Below are positions 1-11,381 of a DNA stretch of 64,000 bases, piece by piece; the first letter of the stretch is position 1; the number at the start of each line of letters is the position of its first letter. The translations under genes were made by a program, and so were the position numbers. The notes under the pieces were generated by a model, which worked only from the letters and a program-made list of their open reading frames with translations, had not been told where the DNA came from and made no database searches. Source of the DNA: an uncultured Nitrososphaeraceae archaeon (GTDB lineage Archaea > Thermoproteota > Nitrososphaeria > Nitrososphaerales > Nitrososphaeraceae); contig CAVXZB010000042.1 in assembly GCA_963765895.1 (NCBI GenBank), forward strand, positions 9,901-73,900, written 5' to 3'.

Positions 1-1132
1 ACTGAAACGCCTTGCAATAAAAAACAATAGCTCTCAATCCAGAGAGTTTCGTTATGAACTGAAATAAGTTTTGTTAATCGAGGCTCAGGGACATGTTTCA
101 TATTAATATATTACAGAATAAGATATGTAAGAATTTATTCATGAACAGGTATAGCGTAGTGTAGGGAGATGTTCATGTATATGTATATAATGTTTGGTCA
201 TGATAAAAGGTTATACCGGATATTCTAGAAAAAACAAACGAATGCTTATGCGATACTTTATATGTTTGTTACATTTGCAATTGTCTATACTAGGCGACTA
301 GGTCATCGTCAAACACTAGCCATTACATGGCGGCTTCAAGTTTTTCCCACTAACATCTGCTTAAGCCAGCAACAACTACAGAATTAACTCGAATTCGAAT
401 TTTTTACTGATATCTTCAGTTGTCTTCAGCTCATTCTGGAATACGGTTATCTATATTAGACAAGTTACTAACTTCAGTTATGGTGCATATTACCTGTTTT
501 TCATATGACGTAAATGTATCAATGTATCAATTGTTGCAATTTGAATAGTTGGTTCGCTCAAATAATAGGCCAAGTGTTTTTATCCTGACGATCTCTTCTT
601 TCTCGTTTAACAAGACCTCATCTTTCTATCTAGTAAATACCGTAAACTATATCCATTTGCTGTAATATAATAAAATATTATTTACTTCCTTTACTAGAAA
701 TTATCGAATTCTGATCGAATCAGGATATGTTAATCTTCTAAAGGCGCATCTAGACTGTCATCTAGGTAGTGAAGGCCAACAAATTCAAAATATGGCATAC
801 TAGATTTTGAAGAACAAGCCAACTCTGAACTCAAATCGTTGATTGTTGATCTAAGTACCAGAAATACTGAAATCGTGCGGCGGCAAAAATGGTCCGTGAT
901 TTTATGTGGATCAAAATGCAGATAGACTAGTTGTATATAAATAAAAAAGACAAGATTTGTTTATTATAGTCACTAATACCACCATTTCGTATCAACCGAG
1001 TATGTTTTGTGACTATCAGGAGCACTACTTTTAGTTATTGACAAACCAGTCATCTGTAAGGTGTTCCAATGGAATAGTAATACTAGACTAAAGTCACCTT
1101 ATGAAAATATACGGGTTAGTTAATATAATAAT

Positions 1133-1381
1133 TCATACGTTTGCTACAAGTTTATGATTATTCTTTGACTGGCCTTTCCAAGAATTGCTCTCATCCAAGA
1201 GTTGCATATGCTCTTCCAGGGTATTATACCTAGAGAAGTCCATCGTTGTATCCTCATAATCCTTTATGGTCTGTAATTCTGCGAGAATGTAGTCAAATCT
1301 CTTGGGATTTCTTTCCGTATGTTTCCTCTTATTACGTGATGTTGTTTTCTTTACTGCGGCTGACGATGTTGTGGGCGTCAT
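1133..1381 (-). CDS. hypothetical protein
   Basis: 82-aa ORF with ATG start and protein-like composition; no recognisable motif. Confidence 0.45.
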   Translation of the reverse strand: MTPTTSSAAVKKTTSRNKRKHTERNPKRFDYILAELQTIKDYEDTTMDFSRYNTLEEHMQLLDESNSWKGQSKNNHKLVANV

Positions 1382-2066
1382 GGCCTATGTATTTATGATA
1401 TATCGTAAATCGCGATATATAATCTCATTCAATCAATCTACAGAATGATAATGCATAATGAATGAATGAATGAATCAGTTAGATAGGGCTATTTAATGCC
1501 TGTGCCAATACTATCGTAGGTTTTTGTTAGATACACCAAGAATGGCTATAGATTAGATTTATAGAACAAAAATCTGAATCCTTCATAATTTTCTGTGTCG
1601 ATTATGGCTATACACATAATATGACTGTGCATATACTGAATGTTGGCCTGTCTCACTACTAGGCTATTGACTATCCTAGCCTGGACTCAATACCATCAGG
1701 TTCAGAAAAATGATATGGACCTGGAATCTATCTTCATAGCCCTAGAGGAATACGACAGAAATATTAGATGATGAGAAGGCCGCTCTTTATGTCAAACTTA
1801 TGGATAGGATAGTGCATCATCATTCATCCTATTTCATAGTAATATTACATTCTCGTTAAAAGGTAAATTGATTTATTAAGTATTCAATTTTTATGCTATT
1901 TAGTATAATATATTGTAAATATATTCCTGAAACGTTACAGTTTTAAATGAATACGTTCTGTGCGTAGAGCGGCAGAAATATCTCATAATAGTAGATAGAG
2001 ACATTGCAGCTTTTAATATGATTTGATGATGTTACAAATTATATGTACATTGGACTAATTCAACCA

Positions 2067-2336
2067 TCACCAATATGCACTTTCTGACTCGATATCAGAA
2101 TCAGTGTTATTTCTCTTCAATGAAATATATTCATTAATTTTCTCTAAACCTTTAAAGATTCCTTCAACTGCAAAAACTGCGGGAGCTTTGGTTGTGGGTA
2201 GCTCACCGCAACAACCTTCTTCAAATTTCTTAATATCATATTCTACATAATCAATACCCAATTTTTTGAAAAGATCAATGGCTTTTATAGAATCATCAGA
2301 CTTATCTAAAAGTAGAATTGGTTTTCGCTTAACCAC
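2067..2336 (-). CDS. glutaredoxin/NrdH-like fold small protein lacking the N-terminal CxxC
   Basis: pattern of beta strand, helix, LGIDYVEYDI, then KAPAVF and IFKGLEKI resembles glutaredoxin; has GCCG instead of CxxC. Confidence 0.55.
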   Translation of the reverse strand: MVKRKPILLLDKSDDSIKAIDLFKKLGIDYVEYDIKKFEEGCCGELPTTKAPAVFAVEGIFKGLEKINEYISLKRNNTDSDIESESAYW

Positions 2337-2773
2337 GGAAATTTAAAAGGAACTCGCAAGATAAAATTGTATCAGTTCTGTATTAGTGCATAATATGCAC
2401 TGGACAGGATTACACCAATGGCTTAGCTTGTAAAGGGCCATCCATAGCAGTGATATCACATCTATTAATAATCTTGTCTAGTATGATTTATTTGCCTATG
2501 ACTTATCCTCAACGAAAATACAATCTAGCAGTATATATTTACAACACAAACAGATAACCGTTATGACAATCCAGCAGTCTTAGAGGATATCTACTATCTA
2601 TGATACAACCGACTAGATTCAATTAACCAATATATGAATCGAACAAGTCATTAAATGATGCATTGTAGATTCAGAAAATTTAAAATGAGTGATTTCTAAC
2701 TAGGAAATTAATTTATAAATATAATTAAGCATATATGGTAGTTTGTAGCTTAGGAAAAGACTACTAATGCTTC

Positions 2774-3313
2774 AAATACATGTACATAGTGCATATAGCT
2801 ACTATAATAGGGTAAATTAACTCATTATTTTATGAACTGTGCTGACTATCATAATGTTTCATGAAGTCAGATTCACTTTCAAATGTTGAATTGCATCTGC
2901 TACACAAGACAGGTTCTCCACGTGTATCTCTACTTGTAGACATCAATATTTATTTAAATATAACATCATTATTATAAATATCAAATAATATACAATATTA
3001 CTGGTTTGGAGCAGATGATCAGATCTACCTTAAGTTATCTGATCAATCTTCTATCCCTTTCTATTTGTGCCTATTATCCCACCTGTAGCGCGTCCTTCTG
3101 AATACAATATTTTTCACAAATTATTAGATAGGCATAACCAGTCAATTATTAGATTGGATCTAGAAGTATGAGATCCTAGGAGGAGATACACTGCTGATAC
3201 AGGAGTGTAACCCACATTTAAAGGAATCTATTCATGTATCATTAGGATAGTCAGCACATTCATAAATCAATGAGATTTCACCTTATAATAATGCACTATG
3301 ATACATGAGATTT
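2774..3313. repeat. long imperfect inverted repeat (fold-back), arms ~2774-2945 and ~3150-3313, central hairpin 3013-3049
   Basis: 2774 aaatacatgtacatagtgcat...tttatgaactgtgctgactatcataatgtttcatgaa...agattcactttcaaatgt matches the reverse complement of the right arm, aaatctcatgtatcatagtgcat...tttatgaatgtgctgactatcctaatgatacatgaatagattcctttaaatgt. Confidence 0.85.
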
Positions 3314-3537
3314 AAATGGTTGAACTACTAAGAGAAGTTGTATGATATATTTCTTCTGAGGGATTAAATGATATATTCTTCTGGAGGGAGGTAATTAACA
3401 TTAGATTCATGTTACCTCCAAAAAGTGAGCAATTAATAAAAACTCCGTTAACTAAAGTATTATCACTTCGTTCGAATAAGACCAGGGGTGCTAACGAGTC
3501 TGGATTTTTACTGGTGGTGATGATCCAGACTTTAACG

Positions 3538-3868
3538 TAGGCGGCATTTTGACTAAGTTGCCGCCTAAATCCTTTATCATGCACTTACTATACTATCTAA
3601 CATATTCCTATTAAATACAAAAGCGTTTAAACAGATAGTTAATAGGTTGATTGATTTTGACGAATCTATGTTAATGGGTATGGATTCAACCTAGATTCTA
3701 TCACTTAATCCTTACCGGGTTGAATTCCCACCAATGAGAGCTCAAAAACATATAAGAAGAGATAATGTATTATTATGAGTCCTAATCGTGCTGTCGCTGA
3801 CGGTGCTGTGTAAATGGATTCAGTCCACAATCCACCCTGTATCATGGGACTGAATCTCTATCAGCGAC
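3538..3868. other. cluster of GC-rich stem-loops upstream of the 3913 gene
   Basis: taggcggca/tgccgccta (3538-3567); ggattcaacc/ggttgaattcc (3682-3728); nested gtcgctga/tcagcgac plus gattcagtcc/ggactgaatc (3793-3868). Confidence 0.6.
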
Positions 3869-3912
3869 CAATTTTTAACTTACATTTAAATATTTTAGCC
3901 AGATGAATATGG

Positions 3913-4525
3913 TTGATGTCGATGTGGGATCCAAACATGGATACTCTCTACAGTTGGGCTCTTGACTATCCTAAACCTAAATCGATATCATCAAGTCTAG
4001 AAATGGATAGAGAGAAATTAATTGAGATAGTAGATATGGTTAATTCGTGCATTAGCAAAGAATTTGAAAAAGATGGACATGCATTTAGGGTTATAAAAGG
4101 GCGTGATCCTACAGCCGAAGAAAGACCAGACATTCATCCACTAATCAGGGAATATGATCCTCTTAGAAAACAAGTATTGCTAGAGTGTTTCAAACGATGT
4201 CTACAAATCGAAATTGATGAAAAATATAAGCTAAACCTGTCCCTTAGACTTTGGGCTGGTTGTTTGGATGCTGCAAAGACACTATCACTAAAGACTCAAT
4301 CTGGACCAAACACAAGAGAAATAAGAAGGTCAGTGTTTACTGAGAGGATAGATATTCTTGCATCTAAGGATCCATGTTTATAGGAAAGGAGTGGAAATCG
4401 CATGCATGTGGCGACCCGATCCTACTATTTCATTTGACGGCGTCCATGGCGCATCGCCTGCAAGAAGATATGAAAAAGATTGGATTAGAAGAAAAGGAAC
4501 AAGACAAGTGAAATCTTGCGAATAA
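3913..4525 (+). pseudogene. hypothetical protein, frameshifted near 4375
   Basis: ORF 3913-4383 stops at DPCL*; the shifted frame continues VYRKGVEIACMWRPDPTISFDG...KSCE* to 4525. Confidence 0.55.
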
Positions 4526-4803
4526 TAAAAGCGATCCAATAGTACAGACGTTTCTTTGTATTCTATACAAATCATTAGTGACTTATCATTATAAGTGAAA
4601 ATTTCTGGGCAATATCATGTTTATTACTTTTATTTTAGTAGTATGTACTTGTCGGTTACTGTTATAAGTAATGTCCAACTATTGCTAATATAGAGTAACT
4701 ACCATATTCATGACACAGATGACCAGGATTTTGACGCAATACATGACGTATATGACTAAAGAAAAATGATAAATACTGCGTTACCTCACTAAAGACCATA
4801 GTA

Positions 4804-6546
4804 ATGGCATTAAGCTTTTCTAAACCTCTAAAAGAAGGCATCATAAAGGACTGGCTAAGAGGTAAAAATCGCGACACTATAGCTCATGAGAACGGTCTGA
4901 GTACGGGAACAGTTAGTAATATAGTAAAATGAGTGGAAAGAAGAAATAGGAAGTTTATCAGCAGACCAGTTAAGAGAATTTGCAGTTACTTTACGAAATG
5001 TTGGTATTTCACCTTTGCAATGTGGACAAGGTTTTCGAATACTAAACATTTTATGTGATCTAGGATTTTCTGAAGATAATATAGAAATGTTTGCACTAGA
5101 CGTATGCAAGATGTGTAAAAATATTGGTTTAATGCCTGACAAAATTGCACTGCACATTAAAGAATTAATAGACCTAATAGAAAAAGTACCTTTAGACCAG
5201 CTTTCAGGCCATATAGAAAGGAACAAAATAATGCTGGAAGAATCAGAAGAAGAGCTTAGAAATGCTAAAGTGCAATTAAAAGATACACATGCTGAACTTG
5301 ATAATGCCTTTTCAAAATATAACTCAAACTCAAACATATCAGAAATTAGATGGACACACTGGTTAAAAAGAGAACTTGCAGATCATGGTCTTGAATTTGA
5401 TAGTATTCCCGCATTGGTAAACACCATCGAAGATATCCACACATTAGGTTTTGACGCCAAAAAAATAATCTCCAAGGTTTCTGAAATAGACAATTTAGAA
5501 ACAAGGAAAAATGCTCTCAAAGTTGAGATAACGAAATTGCAAAAAGAGCAAGAAAGACAAGCTATAAAGCTAGAAATGCTGAAACAAAGCTCTTCTACAC
5601 ATACACAGGCAATCTCTGTATACGAACAGCTAGCCTCTATGGGATTGGGGCTTGGAGAACTGACCATCTTGGTTAATACTATTACAGAATTAGCTAAAGA
5701 AAATGGTATTTCAGAATCAATGGCTGTTAACAAATTCCTCGATGATGTTACACAACGGTATAAGTATATTAGCGGTTTTGAGTCTAGACTTGAAGAGCTA
5801 AAAAATGAGACAGAAGATACAGAGTCTGGCCTGATAATATTACGTCAGTCAGGTTCAGAATTGGACAAAGTCACAGATTCATTGAGAAAACTGTGGGCAA
5901 TGGGCATAAAGTCTGAAGATATTATAGATCTAGCAAAGGCTCCAGACAAGGAGATCACAGATAATGTTAATTATGATAACAGAGCAATTAATAATAATGA
6001 AACTATTCCATCAGATTTGAAAAAGTATCGAAATCTTAAAACCGACATCGAGGATTTGAGTAAAGCCAAGGATGAATTGATAGCAGAAATGGCATCTCTT
6101 ATGTCAATAAGACAGTGCCTTGCGGCATCAGTAGTGTCATCTACCTTTAGAGTCTTTCAGTATCTTAATTTCATGGTTGATGTTATTAAATGCACAAGAG
6201 TACAAATTCAGGTACATGTTTTGCATTTGTATTTGTATTTGCTATATCATGAACCACCTATAATGTATAACAAAGAACAAGAATTAAATATAGACAAAAT
6301 ATCAATTCAATCAGATAATTATCAAAAATTCTTACCATTTATAGATGCTGCAAACGGCGATGATATTGAGTTTAGGATACTGAAGAATGTGTTAATTGAT
6401 GCTATTCAAATTGGATTAGATAAACTGAAGTCTAGTAACAGTCAGGGTAGAGATAATGATAATAGTACCTACTAGTACCTACTACTACGATGGTTGCTTT
6501 AAACCAAGCAAAAACTGTATTAGGACAGTTCCAGGAACAAATCTAA
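4804..6546 (+). pseudogene. N-terminal HTH plus long coiled-coil protein (Nitrososphaeraceae type), frameshifted
   Basis: ATG 4804 gives MALSFSKPLKEGIIKDWLRGKNRDTIAHENGLSTGTVSNIV (HTH); an extra A near 4929 joins it to the frame of ORF 5015-6475; a tagtacctac duplication near 6463-6482 shifts the probable C-terminus MVALNQAKTVLGQFQEQI*. Confidence 0.7.
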
Positions 6547-6794
6547 TTGTTAATGTCTTACCTGTTCTATTATCAAGAACACTTTGTATCTTCACTCTCC
6601 CAGTACTATACTCATTTGTATTTTATCATTATCCGTTGCAGTTTAATCATTATATTTGTTAGACAATCCTTACTGACTGGCTGGGATCTTAGCATAAACA
6701 GCAGAAGATACTATTCAGTTATTCTTCGTCTTATTGATACTAACAAAAAATAGTTTATGTAAAACTTTTGTTGTCTACTTGGTTATTTCAGATT

Positions 6795-6950
6795 TTATGC
6801 AGGTTCTTCAGACTCATCGCCAGTATCAGTTCTTTCTGCGGCTTCTTCACGTAGACTCTCCGATGGGCCAGTAGTTTGCGGGTTAGAACCTGCCTTTCCT
6901 ATCTTTTTTTGGTCCTTCTGTGCTGAATCAAGATTTTCTTCATTACTCAA
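6795..6950 (-). CDS. small acidic hydrophilic protein (51 aa)
   Basis: TTG start; MSNEENLDSAQKDQKKIGKAGSNPQTTGPSESLREEAAERTDTGDESEEPA*; below the ORF-track cutoff. Confidence 0.65.
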   Translation of the reverse strand: MSNEENLDSAQKDQKKIGKAGSNPQTTGPSESLREEAAERTDTGDESEEPA

Positions 6951-7581
6951 TTGTATCGTAATTATATTAATCATTATAGTTAATAGCGATTATACATTTT
7001 ATTATCAAATGAGTTATCTGCAATGTCATCATCTAATCTAACGTAGTAGAAAGTTAGAAAACTTCAATTCCGAAGTAACTATAAATAATAGATTAATATT
7101 ACAAAGTTTAAAAATAGAGGATATTACGAATAAACGTTAGCTTCATGAAAGTGGGTCTTCTCTTCAATCTAGAATTTGCCATTTGTAGTTTTCTATCATC
7201 GAATTCGTCATCTCATCCGAATAATCATTCTCATTATCCAAATTATCTCTATTTTTGGATTCAGTCTTGTTCCTCATAGGTAAAGGTCTTTTGAATGTTT
7301 AGTATTATTTCTATTTCTATTAAGTTATAAATTTAAGAGGCCAATTATAAAAGACTGATACAATAAACAAGTTATTTAGATAAATTAAATTATAACTATA
7401 TTCAAATAATTACAATTTTTTATTTGTTTATTGTATAATAAATTAAATAAACTAATTCAGAATTTATTTTAGATTCACTCAACGAGACAAGAATATTACT
7501 AAGAAATGCAGATTCGGAGGAAAGGAAGTTCTTTTTGAATGTAAGAATAATATATCATCCTGTTCATATTAAATCAGCAGA

Positions 7582-7815
7582 ATGAGTAATAATACTGACA
7601 TGAATCATAAGAGCGCTCCAAGTCATTGGGCTCAAATAATGGGTGAGATTGTAGACAAATTTATGGGTACCAATATGTCTACTACAATTAGCTTTGATAA
7701 TCTTGAAATAGAGGTTCCACAAGCAAAGGGTCCTAACGGTAAGGATCTAGGTAGTGCTAAATGGGTAATTAATGGTAAAATACTATGGACATCTGTTGCA
7801 TCCAACAAAGAATGA
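7582..7815 (+). CDS. hypothetical protein
   Basis: 77-aa ORF with ATG start, co-directional with the next gene. Confidence 0.7.
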   Translation: MSNNTDMNHKSAPSHWAQIMGEIVDKFMGTNMSTTISFDNLEIEVPQAKGPNGKDLGSAKWVINGKILWTSVASNKE

Positions 7816-7929
7816 TAAAAAAAGATAGGCATATTCTATCAGAATATTCATTACAACTGGATGCCCAAGACGACCAGAAAAAGGAGCGAATCGTAACTAC
7901 ATTAATGATAGTAGATAGATAGATAGACT

Positions 7930-8358
7930 ATGGCAGATAATGATAATAATGACAAGACTGAGCAAATAATACTAGAGTTGCTTGCTAAATCACTTAAAAC
8001 AGTAAAAGGTGGTGCAATTGATGTTGACATGGAAGGGCAATCCGCACTCAGGATAGAAATGGATAAAAAAGAAGAAAGGATAAGTATTGATTTTATTCAC
8101 CCTACTGTTATCCAAATAGCAGAATTGGAAAGCGAAGATAGGAGCGGATTATTTGATAAATTAAAAACCGCAAAAGAGTTTTCCCATCAGCTTACCGATA
8201 ATGGTTTGACATTGTCGTTTCTCAGAAAAGGAAAAGAAGCAATAACCTTAGGAAAAAAAGCTCATCCTACACTTTCAAAACTGATAACAAGAAGTAATGA
8301 TATACAAGTAGATAGCGTAAGAGAATCCATTAAATTGGGTCGTGATCTAAAAAAGTAG
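7930..8358 (+). CDS. hypothetical protein
   Basis: 142-aa ORF with ATG start and typical composition. Confidence 0.75.
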   Translation: MADNDNNDKTEQIILELLAKSLKTVKGGAIDVDMEGQSALRIEMDKKEERISIDFIHPTVIQIAELESEDRSGLFDKLKTAKEFSHQLTDNGLTLSFLRKGKEAITLGKKAHPTLSKLITRSNDIQVDSVRESIKLGRDLKK

Positions 8359-9040
8359 AGAACTAATGCATTCTATAACTAATTATTAACTAGAAATGCT
8401 TCTCCAAGAAACGATAAACATGGAACAAGACTAAATAAAAATAACTTCAGTTTTTTCGAGGTTTAGTCCTACTCTTATTATTAATAATCATCCACCTTTT
8501 CTTGCCATTAGGATTCGTCGGTATCTCAATTTTGTTTACTTCCCTACACAATCTACAATAATATCGCCATGACAAGCATTTGCCTGTAGATAGTGGATCA
8601 CATAATCTATTTAGACTTGTAATATTTCATCAGATGCTGAATTGTCATAAACGGAGACATTTATGGGTACTAGACAGCCAGTTTTAATATTGATTTAACT
8701 CTAAACATATTATTAATACTAGCAATTAATTCTTGAAATATCTACTACAATGCCTAAAGCTTTTCAGATACTTCGAAAACGTGATATTGATTTGATCTTT
8801 AAAAGGTCATATTTGCGATAAAACGGCAAACCAGAATAGTTAAAAAGTAGATACTTCTAAGATGCCAGAAGCTAAAAGTCGTGAAAAGAGGTCTCCCAGA
8901 ATTAGATACAGAATTTAAGAAGTTAGTACAACTAATAATCCATATGCAAACACCAGGTGAATAAAGAAAACCATTCTTGTAAAATTTCTTATAGTCTGAC
9001 TGCTGATGCGCATATAAAGGGTTTTGTACAATAACAAATA

Positions 9041-9301
9041 ATGTCACAAAATATACCACAAGAGGCCACCAAACTAAAGAAACTAACAAAGGCTACAGTA
9101 AAGTATATTGAAATGGAGCAATTCAAAGATTCGGATCATCATACTGGTTACTTTTGCTACAATTGTATATATTTTATGAAACCAAATCATTGCGCTATAG
9201 TATCTGATGAAGGGCAGGATGTAAAAGGTAATGTCTCAGGTGAAATAGCAGCTCATGGAATATGTGCTGTCTGGGAACCTAATGAACAAGAGATGCGATG
9301 A
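9041..9301 (+). CDS. HiPIP-like (high-potential iron-sulfur) small protein without signal peptide
   Basis: V-x-Y...C-Y-N-C-I-Y-F...C-A-I-V...G-E-I-A-A-H-G-I-C-A-V-W: four Cys in a HiPIP-like arrangement ending G-x-C-x-x-W. Confidence 0.65.
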   Translation: MSQNIPQEATKLKKLTKATVKYIEMEQFKDSDHHTGYFCYNCIYFMKPNHCAIVSDEGQDVKGNVSGEIAAHGICAVWEPNEQEMR

Positions 9302-9494
9302 GAATTCTTGAACAAGAATATATTAATGGTAAGCCGTTTATATCTCTTGTTATATTTGGAAAAGGTAAATGATAACACTAAACCGACATTTCTTATTGAT
9401 ATGAAATACAACACAATGTCTGAGAATCCTATTGAAAGAAACAATTCGTTAGCTCGTTTTACTTTAGGACAATTGATATTCTAAAATACAGAAA

Positions 9495-11381
9495 ATGAAT
9501 ATGGACAAAGGCAATAGTATAACAACAGAAATCATATATGGTGTTGATAATGTAGTGTCTACTCTGCTGAAAGTGATATCTAATGCAAGTCATAGAATAG
9601 ATGTCTGTGTAGATAGTACTAGGCCTATTTTACTATCAGATATTTCACAATTAAGACAAGCGTTTCTTGATGCAAAGAGTAGAGGAATTAAACTGAGATA
9701 TTTGACAGAAATCACCGATGACAACCGTCACTATTGTAAAGAATTGTTATCGATAGTAGACGAACTACGCCATTTATGTGCTATTAGAGGAAACTTTTAT
9801 ATAACTGAAGGCGAGTATGCCGCACCATCTACATATCACGAGAAACGTAAATCCGCAGACATGATGATTTATAGCCGTATGAAGCAAGTAGTACAACATC
9901 AACAATCTATTTTCGAGAGTCTTTGGAATGCCTCTACTTCTGCGGAAAGAAAGATAAAAGAAATCGAAGAAAATATCAATTTAGGTACAACAGAAATAAT
10001 CGATAGTCCCTTAAAGACTCAGACACTATTCCTTAATTTAATAAAGTCTACAAAACACGAAATATTATTAATTTTACCCACAGTTAATGCTTTTTTGCGT
10101 GAATACAGGATTGGGGCACTGCAATTGATAAAAGAACTAGCGACCAAGGGAAGTAAAGTGGCCTTAGAGAACGATAACGAATATAAAGTAAAAGAAAATA
10201 GAACAAATACAAAACATATTAACATTAAGATTTTGACTCCTACTAATGACTTGGTCGGTAAGATTATTGATGAATTGGACACAGGCCCAACTGTCGTAGA
10301 TAACGATATTGATGTTAGCTCAACGGTGACGAATTCAAAAGAAAGTAAGTCATCGGCCCCTTCATCTTTTCCTTCTCATTATGAGGATAATATTAATCCT
10401 CTTCAAATTAGACAATTAGAATCGCGACCAATGTATAATGTAACTACTGTGACCATACTAATAATAGATAGAAAAATTGCTCTAGCGATAGAAAAAATTG
10501 ATGATTCCAAAATCGAGTTTATTGAGGCAGTAGGATTATCAACCTATTCAACTAGCCCACCTACTATTGCTTCCTACGTTTCCATCTTTGAAAACTTCTG
10601 GAGCCAGCTAGAATTATATGAAAGACTTAGGGCAAATGAGCGAATAGAAAGAGAATTTATCAATTTGGCAGCCCACGAGTTAAGAACACCAGCGCAAGCA
10701 ATTTTAGGCTATATAGAATTAGCAATGATGGAAGCAAACGATGACGGTACAACTAACAGTGAGAAAAGAGGATACATAGCAGCTGCATATAGAAATGCAT
10801 TAAGGCTTCAAAGACTGGCAAAGGATATTTTAGATGTAGCAAGAATTGAAAGCAATACACTAAAGTTAAATAAAGATCGATTTGATCTAGTGGAAAGAAT
10901 AAATGATGTTATCAATGATACAATACACGCACAGCTGGTAGATACAAGGACAAGGAATAACACAGAAATTGTGTTTGACAAACCAGACTCGACTTTATTT
11001 GTAAAGGCCGACAAGGGGAGGATAACTGAAGTCATATCAAATTTATTATCTAATGCAATTAATGCGACCAGAAATAGTAATACTGGTAGAGTTACAGTGT
11101 CTACTCAAGTTGTTGAATATTCAAAAAATGATACCATCTGTCCTGATGAAAATGGCAATAAAACATGCGTTATCATTAGCTTAAAGGATAATGGGGTTGG
11201 AATAGATCCTAAAATAGAACCCAGACTATTTACTAAATTTGTAACTGCATCTGAATCAGGTTTAGGTTTGGGATTATACGTCTCTAAAAGTATTATCAAT
11301 GCTCACAAAGGCAAAATATGGGGAGGAAATAATCAGAATGAAATTGGGGCTACCTTTGGCTTTAGCCTACCAGTAGAATAG
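9495..11381 (+). CDS. cytoplasmic sensor histidine kinase (two N-terminal sensor-like repeats, HisKA, HATPase_c)
   Basis: H-box FINLAAHELRTP, N-box NLLSNA, G1 DNGVGI, F-box LFTKF, G2 GLGLGL; repeated FE(S/N)(L/F)W domain ends. Confidence 0.93.
   Translation: MNMDKGNSITTEIIYGVDNVVSTLLKVISNASHRIDVCVDSTRPILLSDISQLRQAFLDAKSRGIKLRYLTEITDDNRHYCKELLSIVDELRHLCAIRGNFYITEGEYAAPSTYHEKRKSADMMIYSRMKQVVQHQQSIFESLWNASTSAERKIKEIEENINLGTTEIIDSPLKTQTLFLNLIKSTKHEILLILPTVNAFLREYRIGALQLIKELATKGSKVALENDNEYKVKENRTNTKHINIKILTPTNDLVGKIIDELDTGPTVVDNDIDVSSTVTNSKESKSSAPSSFPSHYEDNINPLQIRQLESRPMYNVTTVTILIIDRKIALAIEKIDDSKIEFIEAVGLSTYSTSPPTIASYVSIFENFWSQLELYERLRANERIEREFINLAAHELRTPAQAILGYIELAMMEANDDGTTNSEKRGYIAAAYRNALRLQRLAKDILDVARIESNTLKLNKDRFDLVERINDVINDTIHAQLVDTRTRNNTEIVFDKPDSTLFVKADKGRITEVISNLLSNAINATRNSNTGRVTVSTQVVEYSKNDTICPDENGNKTCVIISLKDNGVGIDPKIEPRLFTKFVTASESGLGLGLYVSKSIINAHKGKIWGGNNQNEIGATFGFSLPVE

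Noticed and set aside
1456-1474. (aatg)n microsatellite; similar (tatc)n at ~13652
   Set aside because: Short simple repeats expected in AT-rich intergenic DNA
3312-3584. 90-aa ORF next to the fold-back
   Set aside because: No motif and atypical composition; overlaps a hairpin; cannot be supported
4855-5733. Minus-strand ORFs of 160 and 116 aa (likewise 10019-11299, 35031-36285, 46668-47123, 59353-59625)
   Set aside because: Antisense shadows of well-supported genes, with Ser/Phe/Ile-biased composition
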